DNA of 64,000 bases, from NCBI GenBank assembly GCA_000146465.1, contig CP001952.1; one strand, 5' to 3'. The first letter of the stretch is position 1; every line of letters begins with the position of its first letter. Below the pieces are notes generated by a model. It made no database searches. It had not been told where the DNA came from and saw only the letters and a program-made list of their open reading frames with translations. Shown piece by piece: positions 37,972 through 47,258 of the stretch. The translations under genes were made by a program, and so were the position numbers.

Positions 37972-38340
37972 TCAAAATTGGATTCTTTTATTCTTTGTAG
38001 AAAGAACTTTTTGCTCCTTTCCAGATGGATTCTTCTCTCTAGATTGGAACTCCTCCAAGAAACTTGGGCTTGTACCCGACAGAACGGTGTAAGCAGCGAG
38101 TATCTTCGATTGTATATATGGAGAACCACCTCTTTCCTTAGAGTTGGCCTCATGCATCCTTAGAAATGAATCCTTCATTTTGTTCTTGTTTGCACATGCC
38201 GTGACATCCAGAATCATCTCTGCTTCCGTCTTAGACATCCGATCTCGAAGCATAATATCTGAAATTGTATTTGTGATGGCCTTGAAGAGCACCTTACTAC
38301 CCTCCTCAAAAAGAACCACCAAAGCCTTTCCTGCCTTCAT
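37972..38340 (-). CDS. PAM16: Pam16/Tim16-like J-like protein (mitosomal presequence translocase motor subunit)
   Basis: MSKTEAEMILDVTACANKNKMKDSFLRMHEANSKERGGSPYIQSKILAAYTVL matches the Pam16/Pam18 J-like domain (GGS.Y..SK). HPD is replaced (NSK), so Pam16-like. Track start at 38376 is TTG. ATG ~38338-38340 has GGGG adjacent. Confidence 0.65.
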   Translation of the reverse strand: MKAGKALVVLFEEGSKVLFKAITNTISDIMLRDRMSKTEAEMILDVTACANKNKMKDSFLRMHEANSKERGGSPYIQSKILAAYTVLSGTSPSFLEEFQSREKNPSGKEQKVLSTKNKRIQF

Positions 38341-38365
38341 AGGGGTGTTTCCTCTGTACCTTTCC

Positions 38366-39346
38366 TTATATTTCAATGCAGTCTGCCATCTCCTTATATG
38401 TTACTCCGCTGAAGAGATACTCAAAGCAGATATTCTCTGTTTCCTCCTCTTTAGGAATTTCCTGGCACCGGGGTTCTTTGGAAATCCATCTATGCCCAGG
38501 AATTGCTAAGGATTCCTCTAAGTTTATGTATTTTCCAACTATGGCTTCCATTCCATTTCTATTGTTGGTGGCAATGAGTTGCTGAAGCTTCTTCTTTTCA
38601 GACATGAAGTCTATGAAATGAATTAGGAAGTTGAAAGAACTTTCAACCTTTAAACGTGGATTTAGAGCAATCCAAGCATCTTCATCCCTTATCCATATGC
38701 TAAATGTGGCCTCTTTATGTAGAAGGACTGGCTGGCCTTTCACATCAAAGGATTTGTTTTCCTTTTTACGGATAAGCTCTTCTATGAATAATTTAAACAC
38801 CTCAAAAGCAAGAAACGACAAGCTTCTGTCCCTGCTTCCAAAGAAGGTTATGAAGTACTCTAGATTATGAAACATTGCTGTACGGACCATAAGAACCATC
38901 TGCTTTCTAGCAAGGCTTCTTTTTTTTAGCCCAAGGAACTCCACAACCCAGTTTCTTCTGGATTTCATCAAATCAAAAAAGCTCTTGCATTCGTAATGAG
39001 GCTTGTACAGCAACTTCTGCAAGGCCAAATCAAATAAATGTAAATCCAACTTGGAGATCAGTGGGAACATGTACTCCCGCAGATATAAACTTTTAAAGTG
39101 TCTTCTAAGCAATGATTCAGGTATCTTTGGTGGTATGTCAAGACAGTAAAGGAGACGATAAGTTATGGAAAGAAGCTGGGTGTTTTTGAACATGGCCAGA
39201 GCTTTTACAAGCACCTTAGACACTTCGCAATGACTGGAGGGCTCATTCTTCAAGTAGTTTCTAAAGCAAGTAAAGAACTTCTCATAGTCTGACGGATCAG
39301 TATGATCCTCCTTAATTTCAAGGAAGTTCCTCGCCCAGTGGTCCAT
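38366..39346 (-). CDS. hypothetical helical protein, 326 aa
   Basis: ATG-initiated ORF with alpha-helical repeat-like composition. Family not recognised. Confidence 0.5.
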   Translation of the reverse strand: MDHWARNFLEIKEDHTDPSDYEKFFTCFRNYLKNEPSSHCEVSKVLVKALAMFKNTQLLSITYRLLYCLDIPPKIPESLLRRHFKSLYLREYMFPLISKLDLHLFDLALQKLLYKPHYECKSFFDLMKSRRNWVVEFLGLKKRSLARKQMVLMVRTAMFHNLEYFITFFGSRDRSLSFLAFEVFKLFIEELIRKKENKSFDVKGQPVLLHKEATFSIWIRDEDAWIALNPRLKVESSFNFLIHFIDFMSEKKKLQQLIATNNRNGMEAIVGKYINLEESLAIPGHRWISKEPRCQEIPKEEETENICFEYLFSGVTYKEMADCIEI

Positions 39347-39471
39347 AGAAGTATAACTATTGTTAAGGGCTTTCCCAGGGCTGAATTAGTAGGGCTTCCC
39401 TAAGACATCTTGATGTGTCTTGCCCCGTGGAGAGTCTGCAGAAAAAATTTTCAGGGAAGGGTCCCCTTGAA

Positions 39472-39834
39472 ATGGATGTTGAGATGAAAAAACAAGACAT
39501 AGATGTAACAGTCTCCATGGAGACTATGAAGGTCTGCATAGATATGGCAAGCCTCGAGGAAAAGAGAATCAACAAGGTGTGCAGAGAGTTCTACGAGTAT
39601 GGGAAGACATTCATTGACAATCTGGAGCGCGAGACAGTTTTGCCTAAAAAGATTGAAAGCATCACGACCTTAAGAAACCCGTCCGGACAAGGTACAAAGA
39701 AATGGAGCCGATATAAAATGATTGTCCACCTTAGGAACTTCTATCTCGAGGCCACACATCAGCAGCTGGAAAAGGTGGTCCAGTTCCTCAGGAACTTTCC
39801 GCATGTTGAAATTAACCTAAGCATTCAGAATTAA
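39472..39834 (+). CDS. hypothetical small protein (~120 aa)
   Basis: Track start (~39415) is GTG. The first ATG (MDVEMKKQ...) is directly preceded by a CCCC motif. Function unknown. Confidence 0.4.
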   Translation: MDVEMKKQDIDVTVSMETMKVCIDMASLEEKRINKVCREFYEYGKTFIDNLERETVLPKKIESITTLRNPSGQGTKKWSRYKMIVHLRNFYLEATHQQLEKVVQFLRNFPHVEINLSIQN

Positions 39835-39910
39835 AGTTCGTTGAGTTACGCTATTAAGATTTTATTGGTCGCAAGGCCATGTATCTAAAGGCCCCCCTTC
39901 CAGATCATCT

Positions 39911-40348
39911 TCATTCCTCATTCCCATCATAATGGTCATCTTCAAAGGATTTCTCAAACTGGAGCTTTGCATTTTGAAAGAGCTTGATTTGCTGGTTGTG
40001 GAGCTCTTCCATGGACAGCCCAGAGTCCTTGAATTTATCGATTTTCGACGGTTTCTGCTTGATATAATTCTCATAGTTCCCATGCTCCTTCATGCAGCTA
40101 TCGACGTAGTCTTCAAACCCAAGGTTTTTCAGAGCCTTGTAGATATGTTCATAACTGATTGTCTTCTTCTTTTCTTCCTCACAAGCTTTGTTTGCTTCCA
40201 GTGTTAACATATTCAAGAAATAGATGCACGCATTCTGGAAAATCTCCTTGGATTCCTTTGGGACAATGGAGTTCTTGGGAAGCATAGATGACACCATCTT
40301 GTCCACTGTAGCTTTTGGTAGTGTGTTTTCATCATCGTTCCTTTCCAT
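39911..40348 (-). CDS. NCB2: NC2-beta / Dr1 histone-fold transcription regulator
   Basis: LPKATVDKMVSSMLPKNSIVPKESKEIFQNACIYFLNMLTLEANKACEEEKKKTISYEHIYKALKNLGFEDYV is collinear with the Dr1/NC2-beta histone fold. I chose the start at MERNDDENTLPKATV. The track ORF extends further upstream. Confidence 0.7.
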   Translation of the reverse strand: MERNDDENTLPKATVDKMVSSMLPKNSIVPKESKEIFQNACIYFLNMLTLEANKACEEEKKKTISYEHIYKALKNLGFEDYVDSCMKEHGNYENYIKQKPSKIDKFKDSGLSMEELHNQQIKLFQNAKLQFEKSFEDDHYDGNEE

Positions 40349-40439
40349 ATTTATACCTCGATTCCCTTGCTTAGGATGATATTTATGGTTTTGGAATAAG
40401 TTTGTTTTGTAGGAAATAAATGCGGTTCTGGAAAGAGGA

Positions 40440-40868
40440 ATGCTTTTGAATATTTCCAATCTGTTTATGCATAATATGGACACCGAATTCATAAGCGGAG
40501 TTGTTGTCTCCTACACCAAGCTTCTAAGAGAGATAAGCAATATGAAGAAGGAAATCAAAGAGGTTTTGGGAACTGCCCAGGCTGTTTTATCACTTATAAG
40601 CGCATGCCATTCCACAGAAGCATCTTGCAGATCTTCCGGTTGTAGATGTTCACACAGCCTAGCAGAAGCTGGAGAGAAAATAGGCTTAGGATCCTACAAA
40701 AGAACACTTAAGAGCCCCAAGAAGCCTCTAACAGGGAAGAAAGAACCCAGTCGTCGCAAAGGGACAGGTAAGAATAGTTCATTAATAACAGACAGCCATC
40801 CTAGTTTCTTTGAGGAGGTTGGAGGTGAGGTATGCAGCCCACAGAAAGAAGGGGATTCATCTTGTTGA
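40440..40868 (+). CDS. hypothetical protein (142 aa), low-complexity basic C-terminus
   Basis: ATG ORF in the spacer between NC2-beta and PNO1. No motif. Could be non-coding. Confidence 0.3.
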   Translation: MLLNISNLFMHNMDTEFISGVVVSYTKLLREISNMKKEIKEVLGTAQAVLSLISACHSTEASCRSSGCRCSHSLAEAGEKIGLGSYKRTLKSPKKPLTGKKEPSRRKGTGKNSSLITDSHPSFFEEVGGEVCSPQKEGDSSC

Positions 40869-40928
40869 ACCGGAAGTTTGGCTCAAAAGTGATTATATCA
40901 TTCTAAATTCCTTGTATTATCTTGCCCC

Positions 40929-41519
40929 ATGACCGAGATCCAAACCAGATCGGTTCCTATCCATCCCAAGAAGATGAGAGGGATGAAGGAAGAATGGATG
41001 AAAATCTATACACCAATAGTCGAAATATGCAAGATCCAAATCCGCATGAACATCAAAGGAAGATGTGTGGAAATGAGAACTTGCGATCATACCGAGGATT
41101 CCTCCTACTTAGAGAGGTCTGCGCAATACATTAATGCGGTGAACATCGGATTTCCTATTGAAGATGCAATTGCAATATTGAAGTTTGCCGACGTGTTTCT
41201 AGATCATTTTGAGATCTCAGAGGTAAAGACGCTGAGGGGGCTACATATTGAAAGAGCCATTGGAAGAATCATAGGAAGAGAAGGGAAGACAAAAAGCGCC
41301 ATAGAAGAGTTCAGTAGATCGAAAATTATTGTCCAAGACCAAACAATACATTTTCTTGGGACGATCGAAAACATAAGAATAGCAAAGGATGCAGTGTGCA
41401 GGCTAATAATGGGGTCTCAACCGGGAAGTATCTTCAACAGACTCCGGATTATTAACTCGAGACTTAAGGAGAAGTATGGAGGGATCCAGACGGTATATAG
41501 TGAGTTTGAGAAGAGATAG
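40929..41519 (+). CDS. PNO1: Pno1/Dim2 KH-domain 40S ribosome biogenesis factor
   Basis: Collinear with PNO1: EEWMKIYTPIVEICKIQIRMN...FEISEVKTLRGLHIERAIGRIIGREGKTKSAIEEFSRSKIIVQDQTIHFLGTIENIRIAKDAVCRLIMGSQP. Confidence 0.85.
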   Translation: MTEIQTRSVPIHPKKMRGMKEEWMKIYTPIVEICKIQIRMNIKGRCVEMRTCDHTEDSSYLERSAQYINAVNIGFPIEDAIAILKFADVFLDHFEISEVKTLRGLHIERAIGRIIGREGKTKSAIEEFSRSKIIVQDQTIHFLGTIENIRIAKDAVCRLIMGSQPGSIFNRLRIINSRLKEKYGGIQTVYSEFEKR

Positions 41520-41581
41520 GGCGATATACGAAAATAAACGTTTGGACACTTTTATTATTTTTGCAGGAGATTAAACCCTAG

Positions 41582-42673
41582 ATGGGGATTTCAGGGCTTT
41601 TACCTATTGTGGCTTCCAAGCTGGTGAAGATGCATATATCAAGCTATCGCCACAAGAGGTTAGGAATAGACGGCCATGCATGGCTATATCAAATTCTCTC
41701 TTGCGTGGCAGAAGAGATGTTTTTCAGGATTCCTACCAAAAGATATGTAAGCATGTTTGAGGAGAAGGTGAAGCTACTAGAAAACTATGGAATCACACCA
41801 ATTATTGTTTTGGATGGGGATTTGCTGTCCAGTAAGGAAGAGACAAACAGAAAAAGACAGATCAGAAAAGAAAAGAGTAGAAAAGAGGCTGAGTATTGGC
41901 TAATGAAGAATGATCCTGAAAAGGCCAAAGCATTTATGCGGCAGTGCATAAGTGTCACAAGAGGAGTGGTGTCTGACATTACGAAGATGTTGGAAAGAAT
42001 AGATGTTGAGTATATTATTTCGCCCTACGAGTCCGATGCCCAACTCTGCTATTTGGAGAGAATAGGGTACATAGACTACATTCTCACAGAGGATAGCGAT
42101 TTAATTCCTTATGGGTCGAATAGGATACTTTATAAGTTTGACAACACCTTTGTACGGGAATTTAGTAGGAGCTGCCTTGCCGAGGTAAGAGGTAAAGATT
42201 TTGAAGAGAATATTCTCGACATCTCCATACTGAGTGGATGCGACTACCTGTCTTCCATACAAGGTGTTGGCATTGTAACTGCCCACAAGCTTCTCTCCAG
42301 GGAAAGAACAATTGAAAGGGTGGTTGAATATCTGAAACACCGAAAGCCTGTCCCAAAGAACTATTTAGATGACTTTTTCAAAGCAAGAAAGACATTTCTG
42401 TACCAGATTGTATATGATCCCATAGAACGAAAGAGAAGGTATCTCCAGGACGTAACGGAGGAAATGGAATTTTTGGGCTCCTTGAAGGAGGAGGAGTATA
42501 AGGTTGAGGAAGGACCTCTGGGATTGTTTTTCAAGTCTTGCATGCAGACAAAAACAGTCAAGAGGCATTTTGTCCCTTCTCCAAAGAAGGTGATACCCGA
42601 GGTGATGAAAATAAAAAGAAGAGAGGAGTTCATCAAGGTAGATGCCCACATACACTCTCCATATTTTAAGTAA
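41582..42673 (+). CDS. EXO1: XPG-family 5'-3' exonuclease, Exo1-like
   Basis: N-domain MGISGLLP...LGIDGHAWLY, I-domain SPYESDAQLCYLE...EDSDLIPYG, helix-hairpin-helix LSGCDYLSSIQGVGIVTAHKLL. Confidence 0.8.
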   Translation: MGISGLLPIVASKLVKMHISSYRHKRLGIDGHAWLYQILSCVAEEMFFRIPTKRYVSMFEEKVKLLENYGITPIIVLDGDLLSSKEETNRKRQIRKEKSRKEAEYWLMKNDPEKAKAFMRQCISVTRGVVSDITKMLERIDVEYIISPYESDAQLCYLERIGYIDYILTEDSDLIPYGSNRILYKFDNTFVREFSRSCLAEVRGKDFEENILDISILSGCDYLSSIQGVGIVTAHKLLSRERTIERVVEYLKHRKPVPKNYLDDFFKARKTFLYQIVYDPIERKRRYLQDVTEEMEFLGSLKEEEYKVEEGPLGLFFKSCMQTKTVKRHFVPSPKKVIPEVMKIKRREEFIKVDAHIHSPYFK

Positions 42674-42819
42674 TAAAATTGAAGAATCAGAAGAAAGTCT
42701 TCATCACTATTCAGCCAGGGATAACTTTGACTTCATCACTTTCTTGGGGTGATTCTTTTCACGTTTCTTATTGTTCTTACAAGCCGGGAAATGTTGTTAT
42801 GATACAAAAGACTGCTTTA

Positions 42820-44310
42820 TTACCTTGTGTTTCTGCCAAACGAATTTTGGTTTGGACTTCTGTAAGGAAGGGTGAACTTCGCGCCCAAGAAGATGTGGTC
42901 CGAAGGAAAATGCATGTTGGGAAGGCCTGCTATGTTTTCTGCATATTCATCCTCGACCGGAGCCAGTACAGACGTTAACGTTACTTTACTGTCATAAAAT
43001 ATGTAGTCAATAACATCCTTGAAGAGAGGTGTAAAGTTTGTGAATCCAAGGTCTTGGTTCCGATACGAGTCGTTGAGCTTTAGACCCTCGCCAAACTCCT
43101 GGCTGGAAAGATGGTGCATAGTTCCTCGAAAGTCTGCTAAATCTATTGTTTGGGTTGTTATTGACTTGTAGACAGATGAGGATTTGAGGGAGTTGAAGTC
43201 TCCCTGCAGTAGCAGACATGCATTTGGATGCCGAGAACTGATCTTTCTTACTTCTTCAATCAGGAGGATCACTTGAAGCAGCTTTACATCGGAATAATCG
43301 GGATCCCAAAATATATGAGTGTTCACCACCAGAACCTGCTGTCCATTGGGTCTCTCAAGAAGAGCTCCAATGGCTATATTGTCTTTCTTTCCATACCTAT
43401 CGAGGAGCTCCTGATTGATGTTGAACCTTGTGTCCTGAGTTATCTTCTGGCAGAAATCAATTGGAAATTGCGCAATCAATCTGAACTTGCTCCTCCTCCA
43501 AAAGATTGCACATCCATCCACATTCTTCTTGTCTGCAACGTTTTTAATCCTTCCTCGAGGATAGATGATTGAGTCGTAGTTGCATCTCATCTCAAGTTGC
43601 TCCTTGTAGAAGTCGAAGAAACTATACAGTTCTATCTCTTGGAGACACAATATGTCCACGTTGTACAGAACTATTTCCTGGAGAATCCCTTCTCTTCGGA
43701 ACTCTGGATTGATCACCCACGATGGCGCATAGGTCGACCTTGCAGCCCAGACATTCGACAGAATATTGAAGGTTCCGACGCTTATTGTGTCGCCATACAA
43801 AACGTCCTTATTTAAACACTCGATCCATGGCCTATCGTTTGGTGGAGGATATCCTGTGTTGTGCTCTCTGCAGAACTGAAGAAGCTTCTTTTCTCTCAGA
43901 AGAGTGTTGAATGGCACTATCAACGGGTTGTTGGATATTTCAAGGACTTCCAGGTTATACAAGGTCCCTATTTCCATGGGAATATTTGAAATCAAGTTAT
44001 CATTTAGGTTAAGCTCCTTCAAGCTAACAATTTTCCCGATATCTGGTGGAATGCTTCTAATCTTATTTTTACTAAGATTCAAGACTTCAAGATGTCTCAG
44101 CTTGCATATCTCCTTTGGAATCACCTCTATCTCGTTATTTGTAAAGTTCAGGACTCTGATGAACCTCATGTCAAATAGAGACCTGGATATATTTCTTATT
44201 CCTTGGGAGCAGAGGTCCAAGGCAGTCCAAGGATCCTCTTGGGCCTCTGTAGTTTTTTCAAAAAACTTTCTTCTTAATGCTAAGCATTCCTCTGCCATGC
44301 CCAAGGGCAT
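42820..44310 (-). CDS. CCR4: CCR4 deadenylase (CCR4-NOT catalytic subunit): LRR plus exonuclease-endonuclease-phosphatase domain
   Basis: Leucine-rich repeats (LNLSKNKIRSIPPDIGKIVSLKELNLNDNLISNIP) followed by an EEP nuclease (LCLQEIE...VVNTHIFWDP...SDHIFLGAKF). Confidence 0.85.
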   Translation of the reverse strand: MPLGMAEECLALRRKFFEKTTEAQEDPWTALDLCSQGIRNISRSLFDMRFIRVLNFTNNEIEVIPKEICKLRHLEVLNLSKNKIRSIPPDIGKIVSLKELNLNDNLISNIPMEIGTLYNLEVLEISNNPLIVPFNTLLREKKLLQFCREHNTGYPPPNDRPWIECLNKDVLYGDTISVGTFNILSNVWAARSTYAPSWVINPEFRREGILQEIVLYNVDILCLQEIELYSFFDFYKEQLEMRCNYDSIIYPRGRIKNVADKKNVDGCAIFWRRSKFRLIAQFPIDFCQKITQDTRFNINQELLDRYGKKDNIAIGALLERPNGQQVLVVNTHIFWDPDYSDVKLLQVILLIEEVRKISSRHPNACLLLQGDFNSLKSSSVYKSITTQTIDLADFRGTMHHLSSQEFGEGLKLNDSYRNQDLGFTNFTPLFKDVIDYIFYDSKVTLTSVLAPVEDEYAENIAGLPNMHFPSDHIFLGAKFTLPYRSPNQNSFGRNTR

Positions 44311-44401
44311 TCCCGGGAAAAACTTTCACAATCGGTACAAAAATTTGTAATCTCAAGGCCATTCTCGAAATCGTCGGCAAGTCTAAGATTCCTAAGCGTC
44401 T

Positions 44402-44914
44402 TTAATTCTTGGTGTGATGGTTAACATCAACAATATAATTCTTTCCGAGTAGCTTGTTGAGGCCAGCCCCTATGGTATCCATCTCGGCTCTACTGAAGGA
44501 TGTCCTTCTCTCCAGAAGAACATTTACAACCATATCATCAACTCCCCGGACATCTGTCCTTGTTCCTGTGAGTAGAAACGGGAAACAGGCATTGGCCAGC
44601 CATTCCTTCTCAATCTCCTTTGGCTTACAATGGGCTCCTTCCGGGACATCGCTCTCAATCTCGAAGTTTCTAATGAAAATTATATAGTAATCGTGGAACT
44701 GCTGCTTGGCTGCCTTGATGATATTGCTGTAGTTCATCTGCACCCCATGAAGAATACTCTTTGGAACCTTAACAACCATAACCTTCTCTCCTCCGTCGCA
44801 TATTATTATCTGGATGGCTATCTTCCCAAAAAGCTCGGGTCGAACAGAAATATCCTTTGTATACTTCTTGATGATCTCGGAAATATTCGCTTCAGCCTCG
44901 GTTTGTGTGCTCAT
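44402..44914 (-). CDS. RPS7: 40S ribosomal protein S7e
   Basis: S7e pattern (KIAIQIIICDGGEKVMVVKVP...IIFIRNFEIESDVPEG...LNKLLGKNYIVDV). Either ATG 44938 or 44914 could be the start. The latter has GGG adjacent. Confidence 0.7.
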   Translation of the reverse strand: MSTQTEAEANISEIIKKYTKDISVRPELFGKIAIQIIICDGGEKVMVVKVPKSILHGVQMNYSNIIKAAKQQFHDYYIIFIRNFEIESDVPEGAHCKPKEIEKEWLANACFPFLLTGTRTDVRGVDDMVVNVLLERRTSFSRAEMDTIGAGLNKLLGKNYIVDVNHHTKN

Positions 44915-45004
44915 AGACAAAGGGTGAAAATTTTTCATCTTTTTGAGGAGAGCTTAACGGCCGTCCTGATCGGAAATCAAAACCTATGAACAAAACAGTC
45001 TCCT

Positions 45005-47176
45005 TTATTCGCTATTGAAAACAACAACCCTACGCAACGCCTCCTCAAACTTCTCATAGTTGATGTTCTCTGTAATTATAGAGCCTCCTCCGCTGGGATT
45101 AACATAGTGGTGGAGAATCCTTTGCTGCGACTTGTTCTGCTCGGTAATGCAGAACTGGGGTGTTGGCAGTCTTTCGTTGCATAAGGTTCGGGCTCTTTCC
45201 TCGCTGCTCTTCAATATATTCTTGAGGAACTCGTATTCCGCCTGTTCATGGTATCCTTCTTTGACCCACTGTGCAACATACTCTCCTCTCCATACAACTA
45301 CGTTGTGGAATGTATCCAGGACAAGAACCACATCTGGCATCAAAGACTTACTGTCTACTTCCACCGCTTCAACCCCGCCTTGATAGTGGTATGAAACAAG
45401 CGTAGGCTTGATGAGCTTCAGTGCATCCGACACTTTTTGGTTGTACAGAAGTGATGAGTAGTATGCTGTTTCATCAGGAGAGTTGTTTCCTGTTTGGACC
45501 AGGAGACTCCTTCGGAAAAAGAACATATAGTTTGGATAGTATGCCATGGAATCGGGAAGAGACAACGAAGAAGGCTCCCCCTTATCGTATCTGGCAAACG
45601 TCTTAGTGAATCTGATAAGGTTCTTATCGATCATTCTTTCACAGTCCTTTATCTCCTCATATTTCTTTAGAAGGAGGAATCTAGCTTGAAAGACTGCAAC
45701 TGCTTCCTGGTCGAATCCACATACTACATCCTCCCTTGAATCTGTAAATAGTCGAGCAAAAGTTGTTACCCTCACCAGAAGTTTCTTATCACTTCTTTGA
45801 TATTGCGTAACCAGCTGTACATATCCAAACTCCCCATGCTTTGCATCTGGCTTTTTATCAAGAAGAATCGAAATGTTTGTGCATGGAAATATAGATCCTA
45901 TTCTCCAGCATCCTCCTAAGGATCTTCCCTGCCCAATAATCCCCTTGTATTCGAGATTCTTACTTGTCTTAACTTGTATCTTTGCATTAAATCCTTGTGC
46001 CAGGTATCCTTCCTTGCTTCTATTCAGTACTTTATTACATGATGAGATATAAATATCTCTGTCAAAGTCCTGTGCCATTATAAGCATCCCTCCAGTCATT
46101 GTGGTCAACCGCTCCATGTGGCATATTCCAACATCAACAATTGTGGCTGCAAGAATGTCAAGACTGTGCCCTACACTATTCATCCTTTCCGCAAGCCCTG
46201 TATAGAACTTTCTTGCAGGCCCTGCATACATCGGATCATTTTCCTCAAGATGTTCGTTTCTTCCCTTCTCCTTAAATTTTATAGGTGTTGTCGTCCCAGG
46301 CCCGAATGTGCAGGGTCCTTGTGTAAACAGAAGGTACTTTACAGCCGTATCAGGAAAGCTTGTTTCTAACAGCGAAAGAGCCAACGACACGGCAGAGCCC
46401 GTACATCTTACAGGCTTGTATGCAGGAAGAACAGGAAATGGATCCTTCTCAAGACCTTCCACTATGTTCTGTAGAAAGTCACGGCATTCCTCTTTTCTCC
46501 TCAGAAACCTTCCCACAACTTGCGATTCAGACTTCGAGGCTGCATTCAAGGACTTGAGGACTTCTGCTGTATATTCCTTCTTGCCAGAAAACAGATGTGT
46601 TTTCCGTGGCGATGCCGTACTTAGCTCCAGAAGTTCGATGTTTGTTCCATACTTGATAAGCCCAATTAGAGCATCTTCGGGAATCCCCTCCACCACCGTC
46701 TTAAGTGCATCCTTAAGAAGTATGTGTCTCTGCTCATCAAACGTGCATATGTCAACAATAAGAAAGAATACCGTAGGAAACACGCTTTCCCTATTCAAAA
46801 CATATTCAATTGTCGAATTCTGTGGTAATAGCTCAGGCAGAAGATTGTCTGGTGTTATTCCTCGTGCATGGCTTGGTAGCGCTGTATTGTTGTTGCATAT
46901 TATACAGTTCCAGGTTTGTCTCCCAAAGTCGATGTTACAATGAGGATTTAGGACACTTTTACAACTCATGCAGTATATGGGCTCACATTCAAGAACCCCC
47001 GTCTCCTGATGAATGTTGTACAAACATGCTAATGGAACCTTTGTTGTAGCATCTCCCTTGGAAGGCCATACATTCCAGGTAAGCCTTATTCCATCATTTT
47101 CCTCTATGTTTCTAATCTCCTCCTCCATAAGGGTTAACAAAAATTTCTGTAAACATCTTAAGCCAAGGACTTCCAT
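45005..47176 (-). CDS. SEC23: COPII coat protein Sec23
   Basis: N-terminus GIRLTWNVWPS...zinc finger CMSCKSVLNPHC...WNCIICNN, then trunk (vWA), beta-barrel, helical and gelsolin-like regions collinear with Sec23. Confidence 0.9.
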   Translation of the reverse strand: MEVLGLRCLQKFLLTLMEEEIRNIEENDGIRLTWNVWPSKGDATTKVPLACLYNIHQETGVLECEPIYCMSCKSVLNPHCNIDFGRQTWNCIICNNNTALPSHARGITPDNLLPELLPQNSTIEYVLNRESVFPTVFFLIVDICTFDEQRHILLKDALKTVVEGIPEDALIGLIKYGTNIELLELSTASPRKTHLFSGKKEYTAEVLKSLNAASKSESQVVGRFLRRKEECRDFLQNIVEGLEKDPFPVLPAYKPVRCTGSAVSLALSLLETSFPDTAVKYLLFTQGPCTFGPGTTTPIKFKEKGRNEHLEENDPMYAGPARKFYTGLAERMNSVGHSLDILAATIVDVGICHMERLTTMTGGMLIMAQDFDRDIYISSCNKVLNRSKEGYLAQGFNAKIQVKTSKNLEYKGIIGQGRSLGGCWRIGSIFPCTNISILLDKKPDAKHGEFGYVQLVTQYQRSDKKLLVRVTTFARLFTDSREDVVCGFDQEAVAVFQARFLLLKKYEEIKDCERMIDKNLIRFTKTFARYDKGEPSSLSLPDSMAYYPNYMFFFRRSLLVQTGNNSPDETAYYSSLLYNQKVSDALKLIKPTLVSYHYQGGVEAVEVDSKSLMPDVVLVLDTFHNVVVWRGEYVAQWVKEGYHEQAEYEFLKNILKSSEERARTLCNERLPTPQFCITEQNKSQQRILHHYVNPSGGGSIITENINYEKFEEALRRVVVFNSE

Positions 47177-47258
47177 AAGATCGCCCTTAATTCCTTCTGG
47201 TCCAAGACATCCCAGTGCTTTTCAAGAAACATGTTCTCCATTCAAATTCTATCCAGCA

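Noticed and set aside
39311-39324. Plus-strand TTAATTTCAAG 3'-splice-site-like element
   Set aside because: It lies within a minus-strand gene, with no upstream GTAAGT on the plus strand and no broken ORF to repair. AT-rich coincidence.
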